From: Akkermansiaceae bacterium
Lineage (GTDB): Bacteria; Verrucomicrobiota; Verrucomicrobiia; Verrucomicrobiales; Akkermansiaceae
DNA length: 64,000 bases
Assembly (NCBI GenBank): GCA_051251915.1
Contig: JBPOGF010000006.1
Location: forward strand, 1 to 64,000
Direction of reading: 5' to 3'
In this document: positions 49,263 through 58,921 of the stretch, piece by piece
Layout: each line of letters opens with the position of its first letter
Numbering within the stretch: position 1 is the stretch's first letter
Notes under the pieces: generated by a model
The model's database searches: none
What the model was told of the DNA's origin: nothing
What the model saw: only the letters and a program-made list of their open reading frames with translations
Translations under genes and position numbers: made by a program

Positions 49263-50765
49263 ATGAAACTTAGAAAAACTATACTATCCCTAGCTTGTTT
49301 TGGCTTTAGCTTGCTAGTTCCGCTAGTAGCCTCTGCTGAATCTGAGCAGCCTAACATTCTGTTTATTTTTGCGGATGATCACATGTGGAGTGCTCTTGGG
49401 TGTCTTGAGGGTAGTCAAGTGAAGACGCCTAATCTCGATAGATTACGTAATCAGGGTGCACTCTTTACGCATGCGTATAATCAGGGATCGTATACTCCGG
49501 CAGTGTGTGTGGCTAGTAGAACGATGCTAAATACGGGTGCATTTGTTTGGAATGCGGCGAGCTATTCCTCTAAGGGCAACAACGCGCACGATCCAAACGC
49601 CCCAAAGGACCAGGCTAAGTATGTTATCGAAAAGCGTACACCAGAAGCGTATTGGTCACAGTATATGAAGCAGGCGGGTTACGAGACATATATGTCTGGG
49701 AAGTGGCATGTGGGTGGGGTGAATCCTAAGAAAATATTTGATCACACTGTGAATGTACGTGGCGGAATGCCGAATGGGGGTAAGAGTTTCTACAATCGAG
49801 ATTTTGACCCTGAGAATCCAGACGGCATTGCCTATGACAAAAAACTAGGAGGATTTTGGAAAGGTGGTAAGCATTGGAGTGAAGTTCTCGGAGATGATAG
49901 TGAGAAATTTCTTAAGCAAGCAGGAGCTCGTGATAAGCCGTTTTTTATGTATCTGGCTTTCAATGCACCGCATGACCCGCGTCAGGCACCTAAGGAATTC
50001 ATCGATATGTATCCTAGTGACAAGATAAGGGTTCCTGCTAATTTCTTGCCAGAGTATCCATATAATGAAGCAGCTGGAGCAGGACGCAGGTTGCGTGATG
50101 AAAGAACGGCACCGTTCCCGCGAACGGAGCATGCGATTCAGGTTACCTTGCAGGAGTATTTTGCGCTGATCACTCACATGGATGTGCAGATTGGGCGTAT
50201 TCTGGATGCTTTAGAGAAATCTGGCAAAGCGGACAATACTTACATTTTCTTTACGGCTGATCATGGATTAGCGGTGGGGGATCATGGGTTCTTAGGAAAA
50301 CAAAACATGTATGATAGTAGCATGCGTGTGCCTTTCTTGATGGCTGGGCCAGAGGTTCCTGCTGGTAGCACAGTGGATGCGCCGATTTATCTTCAGGATA
50401 TTATGCCGACGTCATTGGAGTTGGCAGGAGTTCAGAAGCCTAAGCAGGTGGAGTTTAATAGCTTGATGCCGCTGGCTACCGGTAAGGCAAAAAGCAGTGT
50501 GTATGACTCAATATATGGTGCCTATTACGGTGCGCAGCGCATGTATAGAACTGAGAAATACAAAATGATAATCTATCCTACGATCAACGTTGTGAGGCTT
50601 TATGATATGGTGAACGATCCTCTGGAAATAAAGGATTTAGCGCCTGGGAAGAATCGTCCTGTGGAGTTGATGAACTCGCTATTTATTGAGCTACAGAAAG
50701 TCCAGAAATCGATGAATGACCCGATCGATATAGAGGCTGCATATCAAGCGTTTATGGCGAAATAA
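49263..50765 (+). CDS. S1 sulfatase (choline-sulfatase-like)
   Basis: ADDH, CVASR.ML.TG, GKWH, APHDPR, ADHG...GKQNMY. Confidence 0.92.
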   Translation: MKLRKTILSLACFGFSLLVPLVASAESEQPNILFIFADDHMWSALGCLEGSQVKTPNLDRLRNQGALFTHAYNQGSYTPAVCVASRTMLNTGAFVWNAASYSSKGNNAHDPNAPKDQAKYVIEKRTPEAYWSQYMKQAGYETYMSGKWHVGGVNPKKIFDHTVNVRGGMPNGGKSFYNRDFDPENPDGIAYDKKLGGFWKGGKHWSEVLGDDSEKFLKQAGARDKPFFMYLAFNAPHDPRQAPKEFIDMYPSDKIRVPANFLPEYPYNEAAGAGRRLRDERTAPFPRTEHAIQVTLQEYFALITHMDVQIGRILDALEKSGKADNTYIFFTADHGLAVGDHGFLGKQNMYDSSMRVPFLMAGPEVPAGSTVDAPIYLQDIMPTSLELAGVQKPKQVEFNSLMPLATGKAKSSVYDSIYGAYYGAQRMYRTEKYKMIIYPTINVVRLYDMVNDPLEIKDLAPGKNRPVELMNSLFIELQKVQKSMNDPIDIEAAYQAFMAK

Positions 50766-50906
50766 GAGGTTATCATCGCTCATAGTTAGAAGTGGCATAC
50801 GGGGGTGAAATGGTTGTGTTGCTTACCATTCAACTTACTGATTAGAATTGATTTTGTCATACAAAATAATGCTTGGCGGATTATGAAAGCTGTCTATTAT
50901 CTCACC

Positions 50907-52124
50907 ATGGAATCAAAACATTTATTGAGTAGCGTGATCGCTCTAACTGGGCTTCTATTTTCGTCCACATTAGAGTCCTCTGCACAAGCTGTAACTAGTG
51001 AAACCAAGCCGGCGGTTGAGACGGCCTATCCGGAGTTCTCTTGGGATCGTATTCCTTTGTATATGCATGTTCGGAAAGCGAGTGCTTACACTGAGAAGGA
51101 AATTGAATTTTTGGCTAAGTTTCCGTTGATTACATTTGAGAAATCGAATGGTCATAAAGCTCATGGCTCTACTGAAAAGGGGACATTAATTTGTGCTAGA
51201 GCGGTGAAGGCTTTGAATCCAAAGGCTAAGATTCTTTATTATCGAAATGTGATTGTTCATTATGGTAGCTATGAGGCTAATAAGGAGCTGGTGACGATAC
51301 CCGATGCCCTCCTCAAGGACAGCACAGGGAATACCAAGTTGGTGCGTGATCGAGTAGAGGCCTATGATTTATCAAACCCTAAATTGCGCGATTGGTGGGT
51401 GAAGACTTGTAAGGTGATGACGGATGATCCTGCTATTGATGGTGTATTTCTTGATGGAAATATAAAGGCGTTAGAGCCTGGTTATCTGAAGCGACAGATA
51501 GGGGTGGAGAAGAAAAAGGCGACGATGGATGGTTATCATGCGATGATGAAGGAGACTCGTGATGCGATAGGACCTGATAAGTTGATGCTGGCGAATATTA
51601 TCCGAGCTCGATTTGAGAACGGTGGGCTTGAGTATTTGGATTATTTTGATGGTTCGTATCTTGAAGGATTTTCTCATAGTGTGGGCGGTATGACGCGTGA
51701 AGATTATGAGGCAAAAGGAATTGAGGCTATGCAGAAGGCGGCACGTCAGGGGAAGATTATAGCGTTCACCGCTGGGTTCGCGACACCTAAGAATACGAGT
51801 ACGATGGGGATCGATGAAGGGCATGCTAAGGTGGAATCTGATGAGCAGGCGCGTGCAGGGCTGGCTTATCCGCTGGGAATCTTTTTAATTTGTGCTGAGA
51901 AATATAGCTACCTTCGTGTTCACGAAGGATATGAGGCTGATAAAGATGATCGCTGGATGCGTCAGTTTGAAGAATACAATAAACCACTAGGGGCACCAGC
52001 TGGACCGGCAAAGAAAGATGGTTATGTTTATACGCGTACATTTGAGCATGCGAAGGTGAAGCTTGATCTTAAAAAACGTACTGCTGATATCAATTGGTTG
52101 GCGCCAGCTATCCAGAGTAAGTAG
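50907..52124 (+). CDS. GHL15/GH168-like glycoside hydrolase (putative endo-fucanase)
   Basis: YPEFSWDRIP, ITFEK, KILYYRN, DGVFLD, YLEGF, LGAPAGPA pattern, recalled as typical of GH168; fits the neighbourhood. Confidence 0.65.
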   Translation: MESKHLLSSVIALTGLLFSSTLESSAQAVTSETKPAVETAYPEFSWDRIPLYMHVRKASAYTEKEIEFLAKFPLITFEKSNGHKAHGSTEKGTLICARAVKALNPKAKILYYRNVIVHYGSYEANKELVTIPDALLKDSTGNTKLVRDRVEAYDLSNPKLRDWWVKTCKVMTDDPAIDGVFLDGNIKALEPGYLKRQIGVEKKKATMDGYHAMMKETRDAIGPDKLMLANIIRARFENGGLEYLDYFDGSYLEGFSHSVGGMTREDYEAKGIEAMQKAARQGKIIAFTAGFATPKNTSTMGIDEGHAKVESDEQARAGLAYPLGIFLICAEKYSYLRVHEGYEADKDDRWMRQFEEYNKPLGAPAGPAKKDGYVYTRTFEHAKVKLDLKKRTADINWLAPAIQSK

Positions 52125-52148
52125 CAATTAAAATCTCAAAAAAAACTT

Positions 52149-53624
52149 ATGAAAATCAAAAAAAACTTATGGGTTGCGTTTGTCGCAATCATTCCAATGG
52201 TTGGCTTAGCTGAGGCTAAGTCATTAAAAGGAACGAAGCCTAACATCATTTTGGTGATTACTGATGATCAAGGGATGGGGGATCTTTCGTGTATGGGGAA
52301 CGAGGTGGTGAAGACGCCGCACATTGACCAATTTTATGAGAAATCTACTCGCTTCACTGATTTTTCGGTAAGCCCGACTTGTGCACCTACGCGTGCGGCG
52401 TTGATGAGTGGGAGGTTTCCATTCAATGTGGGGGTGAGCCATACAATTTTCCAGCGCGAACGCATGGCTCTCGATGTTGTCACGCTGCCTCAAGCTCTGA
52501 AGAAGGCGGGCTATACCACGGGGATATTCGGTAAATGGCATCTTGGCGATGGTGATGAATATCTACCATTTAATCGTGGGTTTGATGAGGCCTTGATTCA
52601 TGGTTCTGGCGGAATAGGACAAGTGGGATTGGGGGATTTTCCGACTAACAAAGAGAATGTCTATTTCGACAATACGTTACTTCATAACGATACCATCGTG
52701 AAGACTAAAGGCTATTGCACCGATGTCTTTTTTGAAGCTGGACTAAGCTGGATTAAGCAACAAACCGATGCGAAGAAGCCCTACTTCGCTTACATAGCAC
52801 TCAATGCTCCACATGCACCATTGGTTGCACCTGAAAAGTATACCAAGAGATTTATTGAACTCGGTTACGATAAAGGTACTGCTGGTCGCTACGGAATGGT
52901 CGAGAATATTGACGATAATTTTGGTAACCTTTTAGCTAAATTGAAAGGATGGAATGAGCTTGAGAATACGCTTGTGATCTTCATGACTGATAATGGAGCC
53001 ACACATTTAAGTGGCAAATTGAATGGTAAAAAGATTCGCCATTTCAACGCTAATTTAAAGGGAGGAAAGAACAGCCCATACGAAGGGGGAAGCCATGTGC
53101 CGTTCTTTGTTCAATGGAAAGGTAAGCTTGGGGAAGGTGTGGATATCAAGGCACTAGCTGCACATATTGATCTCTACAAAACATTTAGCGAGCTAGCAGG
53201 AGTGAAGCTGCCTGAGAAGATGCAGGCGCTTGATGGACGATCACTTATTCCACTTCTAGAAGACCCAACCGCTGAATGGGCAGACCGCGAAATTTTCGTT
53301 CACTGTGGGCGCTGGAATCCTGGAGCCCGAGATGGAGCTAAGTATAAGAAGTGTGCTGTCCGTACTCAGCAGTGGAGATTTGTCAATAACAAGGACCTCT
53401 ATGATATTTCTAAAGATCCAGGCGAAACGACTGATGTTTCGGCATCTCATCCTGAAGTAGTGGCGCGGCTCCGTAAGTCATTTGATGCATGGTGGGACTC
53501 TACGGAGACGTTGCAAGTAAACGAGGGATTGCCGAAATTAAAAGTGCATCCGCTTCATACTCGTTATGAGAAACAACTGAAGGAAAAGGGTATCTTAGAA
53601 TGGGCGCCAGAGCCAATTGAGTAG
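52149..53624 (+). CDS. S1 arylsulfatase
   Basis: TDDQG, CAPTR..LMSGR, GKWHLG, TDNG. Confidence 0.95.
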   Translation: MKIKKNLWVAFVAIIPMVGLAEAKSLKGTKPNIILVITDDQGMGDLSCMGNEVVKTPHIDQFYEKSTRFTDFSVSPTCAPTRAALMSGRFPFNVGVSHTIFQRERMALDVVTLPQALKKAGYTTGIFGKWHLGDGDEYLPFNRGFDEALIHGSGGIGQVGLGDFPTNKENVYFDNTLLHNDTIVKTKGYCTDVFFEAGLSWIKQQTDAKKPYFAYIALNAPHAPLVAPEKYTKRFIELGYDKGTAGRYGMVENIDDNFGNLLAKLKGWNELENTLVIFMTDNGATHLSGKLNGKKIRHFNANLKGGKNSPYEGGSHVPFFVQWKGKLGEGVDIKALAAHIDLYKTFSELAGVKLPEKMQALDGRSLIPLLEDPTAEWADREIFVHCGRWNPGARDGAKYKKCAVRTQQWRFVNNKDLYDISKDPGETTDVSASHPEVVARLRKSFDAWWDSTETLQVNEGLPKLKVHPLHTRYEKQLKEKGILEWAPEPIE

Positions 53625-53734
53625 GTTACTAGCCTAAAAAGGGTATGATGTAATGGAGGAATACCGTTGATTCAGTTTCTCTTGCATCTATATTTCTATT
53701 AAGATCAACCAACACGACGCTCAAATATACTACT

Positions 53735-54718
53735 ATGAAACTAAAATACTATTTATTCTCACTACTAACTGCAACTGCTGTATCTGCAGTGGCACAGGCT
53801 AAAGCACCAAAGGTAATGGACACCGTAAAAGTGACTCATTCTGAACTTACTGGGATAGGGGCTGAGAAAGGTGTGATGCGCCGTGACCCAAGCGATGTCA
53901 TCAAGGTTGGTGATCTTTATTATGTCTGGTATTCCAAGGGGACTATCTCACCAGGTTACGATGCTACACTATTCTATGCGACATCTAAGGATGGAGTGGA
54001 GTGGACTGAGAAAGGAGAGGCTCTTGGGAGAGGTAAGGCTGGGACTTGGGAGGGGGCGAGTGTGTTTACTCCGAACATCTTGGTAGCAGAAGGCCGCTAC
54101 TGGCTTTTCTATACTGGGACATCAAATGATTACCATAAGAAGCCATTTAATCCGGATTCTAAGATAGGTATTGCAGTTTCAGATTCTCCGGATGGACCAT
54201 GGGAGAAGCTAGCTACTAATCCAGCGATCACGAATAGCAAGAACTTGGAAGACTTTGATAGTCATTTGATTGATGATGCCTGTCTTATTGTTAGAGATGG
54301 CAAATACTGGTGCTACTATAAAGGTCGCCAGCAAGGTAAAGGTCCAGGACAGACTCAAATGGGTGTTGCTATCGCAGAGAAGCCAGAGGGACCTTATGTG
54401 AAACATAAAGCAAATCCTGTAATTCCAGGAAACCACGAAGTATTGGTCTGGACACAAGGTGAGGGAGTGGCTGCGATGATAGGGACCACTGGGCCTAAGG
54501 CTATTACTAATTCGGTGTTGTATTCTGAAGATGGACTGAGCTTTAAGAAGACTCATGAGGCACCAAAAGGTCCATGGGCAGGAGGCTCTTATCGTCCGGA
54601 AGCTTTCACGGAGAGCGGAAAAGGTGAACTTCCTAAGTGGGGCGTAGAGATTGGTGCAAAGCGAGGATTTTTGCCATTCATCCGTCGTTTTGACTGCGAG
54701 GCAGTTCCTACTGAATAA
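53735..54718 (+). CDS. GH117/GH43-like five-bladed beta-propeller glycosidase
   Basis: RRDPSDVIKVGDLYYVWYS, SVFTP, FDSHLIDDAC, YYKG, HE motifs. Confidence 0.8.
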   Translation: MKLKYYLFSLLTATAVSAVAQAKAPKVMDTVKVTHSELTGIGAEKGVMRRDPSDVIKVGDLYYVWYSKGTISPGYDATLFYATSKDGVEWTEKGEALGRGKAGTWEGASVFTPNILVAEGRYWLFYTGTSNDYHKKPFNPDSKIGIAVSDSPDGPWEKLATNPAITNSKNLEDFDSHLIDDACLIVRDGKYWCYYKGRQQGKGPGQTQMGVAIAEKPEGPYVKHKANPVIPGNHEVLVWTQGEGVAAMIGTTGPKAITNSVLYSEDGLSFKKTHEAPKGPWAGGSYRPEAFTESGKGELPKWGVEIGAKRGFLPFIRRFDCEAVPTE

Positions 54719-54811
54719 TAATAACCATTAACGATAACCCTATTGATTTTGCTTTTACTCTTAAGCCTTTAAACTTTGTGAGAAGGCCTCAAAAACCCAT
54801 CCTTAATTATA

Positions 54812-56077
54812 ATGAAACCGATCACACTACTAACAACAACATCACTCGCACTATTTAGTGTTTTAAGCACTAGTTGTTCAGAGAATAAAACATCTACTAC
54901 GGAGTCTGAAGCATTCGGTGCGTTTGCGGATGACGCGGCGTTTATGCAGGAACACACTGAGATAGTAGTTCTGAAAAAAGGAGACGCAGCTGTGGCTGTG
55001 GCTCCCTCATGGCAGGGGCGCGTGATGACGAGTACCTTTGATCAGAAAACGGGGCCTAGTTTTGGTTGGATTAATAGACCAGTGATTGAAAAAGGGTTTA
55101 TGTCAGAGGAAGAGGCTGAAGGAGAACTTGAGTCACATATTTACATCTTTGGTGGAGAAGAGCGTTTTTGGCTAGGGCCAGAGGGCGGTCAGTTTGCACT
55201 TTACTTCAAACCTGGTGACAAGTTTGTATTTGATGACTGGAAGACTCCTGCGGCGATCGATACTGAAGCTTATGAGTTAGTAGAGCAAACTGATAGCACT
55301 GCTACTTTTACGCACAATGCGGAATTGCTGAACTATAGCGGGACTAAGTTTAATGTTGGCATTGAGCGTAAGGTTACTGTGCTGGATAAAGCTGACGCGG
55401 CTAAGATTTTAGGTGGTGAGTTTGGTGAAAGCATTAAGATGGTTGGTTATGAGACTGACAATGTGATCACTAATAATGGTGAGGAAGCATGGGAGCCTGA
55501 GACTGGGTTGCTATCGATCTGGTTGCTAGGGATGTATAATCCTTCACCTACTACAACTGTTGTCATTCCATTCAAAGAGGGGACTGAGGCAGATCTTGGG
55601 CCTAAGGTGAAAGATGACTATTTTGGTAAAGTTCCGGCAGAGTATTTATCGGTTAAAGAGGATGTTCTTTTTTTCAAGGGTGATGGAACAAGACGCGGGA
55701 AAATAGGTATCAGCCCTGAGCGTTCAAAAGGTATTGCGGGTAGTTATGATGCTGCGGGTAAGGTTTTAAATATTGTGACTTACAATGTGCAGGATGCACC
55801 GAATGGATACGTGAATTCAATGTGGGAGCTTCAGGATCAGCCATATGTTGGTGATGCGATCAACTCATATAATGATGGTTCACCTGCGCCTGGAGAGGAT
55901 CCACTAGGACCGTTTTATGAACTAGAAACTTCATCACCAGCAGCGGCTTTGAAGCCAAAGGAGACGATGCAGCATGTGCAGCGCACTTACCATATCCATG
56001 GATTAGAAGAGGAGCTTAGTGCGATTGCGAAGCGCTTACTTGGAGTAGATATAGAGACTATTAAGGCATCTTTTTAA
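54812..56077 (+). CDS. DUF6786-like lipoprotein
   Basis: Lipobox STSC; QGRVMTST, GGEERFWLGPEGGQF, FYELETSSPA. Confidence 0.7.
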   Translation: MKPITLLTTTSLALFSVLSTSCSENKTSTTESEAFGAFADDAAFMQEHTEIVVLKKGDAAVAVAPSWQGRVMTSTFDQKTGPSFGWINRPVIEKGFMSEEEAEGELESHIYIFGGEERFWLGPEGGQFALYFKPGDKFVFDDWKTPAAIDTEAYELVEQTDSTATFTHNAELLNYSGTKFNVGIERKVTVLDKADAAKILGGEFGESIKMVGYETDNVITNNGEEAWEPETGLLSIWLLGMYNPSPTTTVVIPFKEGTEADLGPKVKDDYFGKVPAEYLSVKEDVLFFKGDGTRRGKIGISPERSKGIAGSYDAAGKVLNIVTYNVQDAPNGYVNSMWELQDQPYVGDAINSYNDGSPAPGEDPLGPFYELETSSPAAALKPKETMQHVQRTYHIHGLEEELSAIAKRLLGVDIETIKASF

Positions 56078-56194
56078 GCAGCGAGACGCGAGAAGCCGTA
56101 AGCTATTTTTATGGAGTTTGGGGTAAAATGAAATCGTTCGACATTGTTTAAGTCCGTGACATTTGGGTATGACCTATTATGAAGTATTTAGACC

Positions 56195-56653
56195 ATGACA
56201 AATAACGACATCTTACGCCGCCTACGATACGCCTTTAACTATACTAATGTTCATGTGGCTAAGCTAATGGGCCATGTAGGAGAGAAGGTGGAGCTGAGCC
56301 AGGTGGGACTCTGGATTCAGCGCGAGGATGGCGAGCCGCTTTCAGATAAGGCACTTTGCCAATTTCTGGATGGTCTGATCATAGAAAAACGTGGACCTCG
56401 TCCTGATGGAGCTATTCCACATCCACAGGCAACGATCACTAGGAATGAGATTTTAAAGAAACTGAGGATAGCACTTTCTCTCAGGGATGAGGGTATGATG
56501 GGGGTTTTTAAGAACGCTAAATTTGTGGTCACCAAGGCGGAACTCGGGTCATTTTTCCGCAAGGAGGGTCAGCGCAACTATGCTGAATGCCCGGAGCAAG
56601 TCCTGCGTAAGTTTATCCATAGTTTGGGCCAGGAAGAGCAAGAGGCGAGCTAG
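56195..56653 (+). CDS. yehS: DUF1456 family protein
   Basis: MTNNDILRRLRY, FLDGLI..KRG, NEILKKLRIAL, FFRK. Confidence 0.85.
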   Translation: MTNNDILRRLRYAFNYTNVHVAKLMGHVGEKVELSQVGLWIQREDGEPLSDKALCQFLDGLIIEKRGPRPDGAIPHPQATITRNEILKKLRIALSLRDEGMMGVFKNAKFVVTKAELGSFFRKEGQRNYAECPEQVLRKFIHSLGQEEQEAS

Positions 56654-56702
56654 GTGCTCGACTTATACCACATTGCAGTGTGGTAAGTTATCGTTAGAGC
56701 TG

Positions 56703-56743
56703 ACGAAAAAGGGAGAGGTGTATTCTCCCTTCCCCTTTTTCGT
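56703..56743. terminator. probable bidirectional terminator
   Basis: ACGAAAAAGGGAGAGG...TTCTCCCT...TTTTTCGT between convergent genes. Confidence 0.6.
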
Positions 56744-56771
56744 AGAACTTGAAAGTTAGAGTAATGCTGAA

Positions 56772-57482
56772 TTATGGACGACGGCGGACGAGAAGTAGGC
56801 TGCCGCTCATGAAGAGGAGAGCAAGTGAGGTAGGTTCTGGAACGACGGTTCCGTTGAGAGTGATGGCTCCGATACTTGAGTGACTACCGGCAACATCAGC
56901 TTCACTAGCCTCGATAAATAGTCTGTAATTATTGCCGCTGAGCAATGAGATACTGCTAAGATCGAAAGTTGTGGTTTGAACCCCAGAAGCCACAGTATTT
57001 ACGGCTGCTGTTTTGATTGAATTACTGAATAGTTCAGCATTGGCGTTATCTAGATCCAGTATTTTTAGAGTGAATGTGTTGTCTCTAGCTGATGGTTGAT
57101 TGATACCAGAGTTGTTGAAATTAATCCAGTCTAGCTCAAAGTTAGTCAAATCGATGGAGTCTCCTAAGGTGGTGAAATCGACCTGAGTATTCCAAACTCC
57201 GCCACTGCCAGTATTGTTATTAGGGGCGAAATATCCAGCAGCATCTGCGGTAGTCCATAGGTCTCCGTCACCAGTGTTCAAGGTGGTATTCGTTGCTGTT
57301 AAAGAGTTGGCTGGTGCGGTAATTCCTTCGGTGGTCCATGAGATTCCGCTGAGAGTAGTGCCACTTTTAGTAGTGCTTGAGAAGTCGCTAATGAGGATAT
57401 TTACTGCTGAAGCGACAGTGAGCATGCTAAGGCTGATGCCCGTAGCTAAGATTTTAGTAATAAGTGATGATGGTGTTTTCAT
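56772..57482 (-). CDS. PEP-CTERM sorting domain protein
   Basis: Signal peptide; VPEPTS-TM-RRRP. Confidence 0.9.
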   Translation of the reverse strand: MKTPSSLITKILATGISLSMLTVASAVNILISDFSSTTKSGTTLSGISWTTEGITAPANSLTATNTTLNTGDGDLWTTADAAGYFAPNNNTGSGGVWNTQVDFTTLGDSIDLTNFELDWINFNNSGINQPSARDNTFTLKILDLDNANAELFSNSIKTAAVNTVASGVQTTTFDLSSISLLSGNNYRLFIEASEADVAGSHSSIGAITLNGTVVPEPTSLALLFMSGSLLLVRRRP

Positions 57483-57663
57483 AGTTAGGATGTGTTTTGT
57501 ATAAGATAGATAGACCGCAAAACTATGTTTCTACGGTCTATTGTTAGAGGTGTATGTACAGCTCTTCTCTAAGTCTATGTAGCACATAGGTTGCCAAGGT
57601 AGATTAAATTTAAATATTTACCTGAAAGGATCAAAAAATAGAGAGAGGTGATCTATTGATCCG

Positions 57664-58401
57664 CTAACTCCCGCATCCGCCGCCGCAGCCACCACCACCA
57701 CATCCGCTACTACATCCACTGCCGCAACTATTTCCTCCACCGCAGCTACTGCCACCGCCGCCGCAACCTCCGCCTTTGCCGCCACCGCTCTTGAAGATTT
57801 TGGCTACTACTACGACGACGATGGTGACGAAAATGATGGTGCCGATGGGGAAGTCTGGGTTGTTTAGGATGGATGCGCAGCCTACGACTGTGAAGCTGAG
57901 GGCGAGTGTGGCTGCTGCTGTGAGGGCGAGTTTCTTGGGGATGACGAAGTGTTTGTTGTAGTCGACATTTTTGATGTCTTGGGGGGAGAACCTTAGCTCT
58001 GGGGTGGGCCAGATGTCTGATGGGGGTTCTGTTTGGAAGAGTCGTTGGTAGCTATCGAGGGTTTTCTGGTACCATTGGTTGAACTTCTGGTTCTCTTGGG
58101 TGCCGCCTTTGGTGGGGCCGTGGTGGAGGGGGAAGTTTAGGGTCTGCTTGCAGAGGTCATTCCAGTAGTTTCTGGTGTAGCAGAGGTGGAGGTGCCAGAC
58201 GTGGTCTACGGCTACTGATGGGGTGACGGGATGGCCGGCTTCTGCTGCGAGGTAGAGGAATTTCTTGTACTCGTTAATGCTGCGTTTTGCGAACTCAAGG
58301 GTCCATGAGTTTTCTCTGGCTAGGCGGTCAGAGAATTTGAAATCTGAGCCCAGATCATCTAGCTCGAAGGTTTCGATTTTTTGCCAGAGATCTGTGTTCA
58401 T
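57664..58401 (-). CDS. DUF1399-like glycine-rich-domain membrane protein with Gly/Cys tail
   Basis: RLARENSW...EYKKFLYL..PS.AVD.VWHLH; two TM segments; GGGC-repeat tail. Confidence 0.78.
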   Translation of the reverse strand: MNTDLWQKIETFELDDLGSDFKFSDRLARENSWTLEFAKRSINEYKKFLYLAAEAGHPVTPSVAVDHVWHLHLCYTRNYWNDLCKQTLNFPLHHGPTKGGTQENQKFNQWYQKTLDSYQRLFQTEPPSDIWPTPELRFSPQDIKNVDYNKHFVIPKKLALTAAATLALSFTVVGCASILNNPDFPIGTIIFVTIVVVVVAKIFKSGGGKGGGCGGGGSSCGGGNSCGSGCSSGCGGGGCGGGCGS

Positions 58402-58575
58402 GATTTGGTGTGTGATTGGGTGAAGGGTGAACTATGGGAGCGGGGCTTTGCCCTTGGGAGCGGGGAGCATGGAGCCGCAAAGCGTTGTTCTACCTCGTAA
58501 GGTGTGATGCATTGCTCCCCGAAGCCGAAGGCTGCTTGCTGCTTCCGTGCGCAGCATAATGCTTCCGAAGTTTAG

Positions 58576-58884
58576 TTAGCCTAGGCCTGGGATGTTCATT
58601 CCGCCGGTTAGTTTGCCCATTTCTCCGGCTGCCATGTCTTTGCCTTTGGTGATGGCTTCTTGGACGCCTTTGAGGACGAGTTCTTCTAGGAATTCTGCGT
58701 CTTCTGGGTCGATGACTGATGGGTCGATCTTGATGGAGAGTACATCTCCTGAGCCTGTTGCCATGACTTTAACCTTGTCTCCACCTACTGAGGCTTCGAC
58801 GGTTTTTACTGCGAGTTCTTCTTGTGCTTTTGCCATCCCAGCTTGCATTTGCTGAGCCTGCTTCATGAGTTTGTTAATATCCAT
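58576..58884 (-). CDS. ybaB: YbaB/EbfC nucleoid-associated protein
   Basis: LMKQAQQMQ, GG.V.V...G, IDP...D.E.LE.L; downstream of dnaX. Confidence 0.93.
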   Translation of the reverse strand: MDINKLMKQAQQMQAGMAKAQEELAVKTVEASVGGDKVKVMATGSGDVLSIKIDPSVIDPEDAEFLEELVLKGVQEAITKGKDMAAGEMGKLTGGMNIPGLG

Positions 58885-58921
58885 AATTGTTTGTTTTTGT
58901 TAGAGTGTTGTTTGTTTTGTA

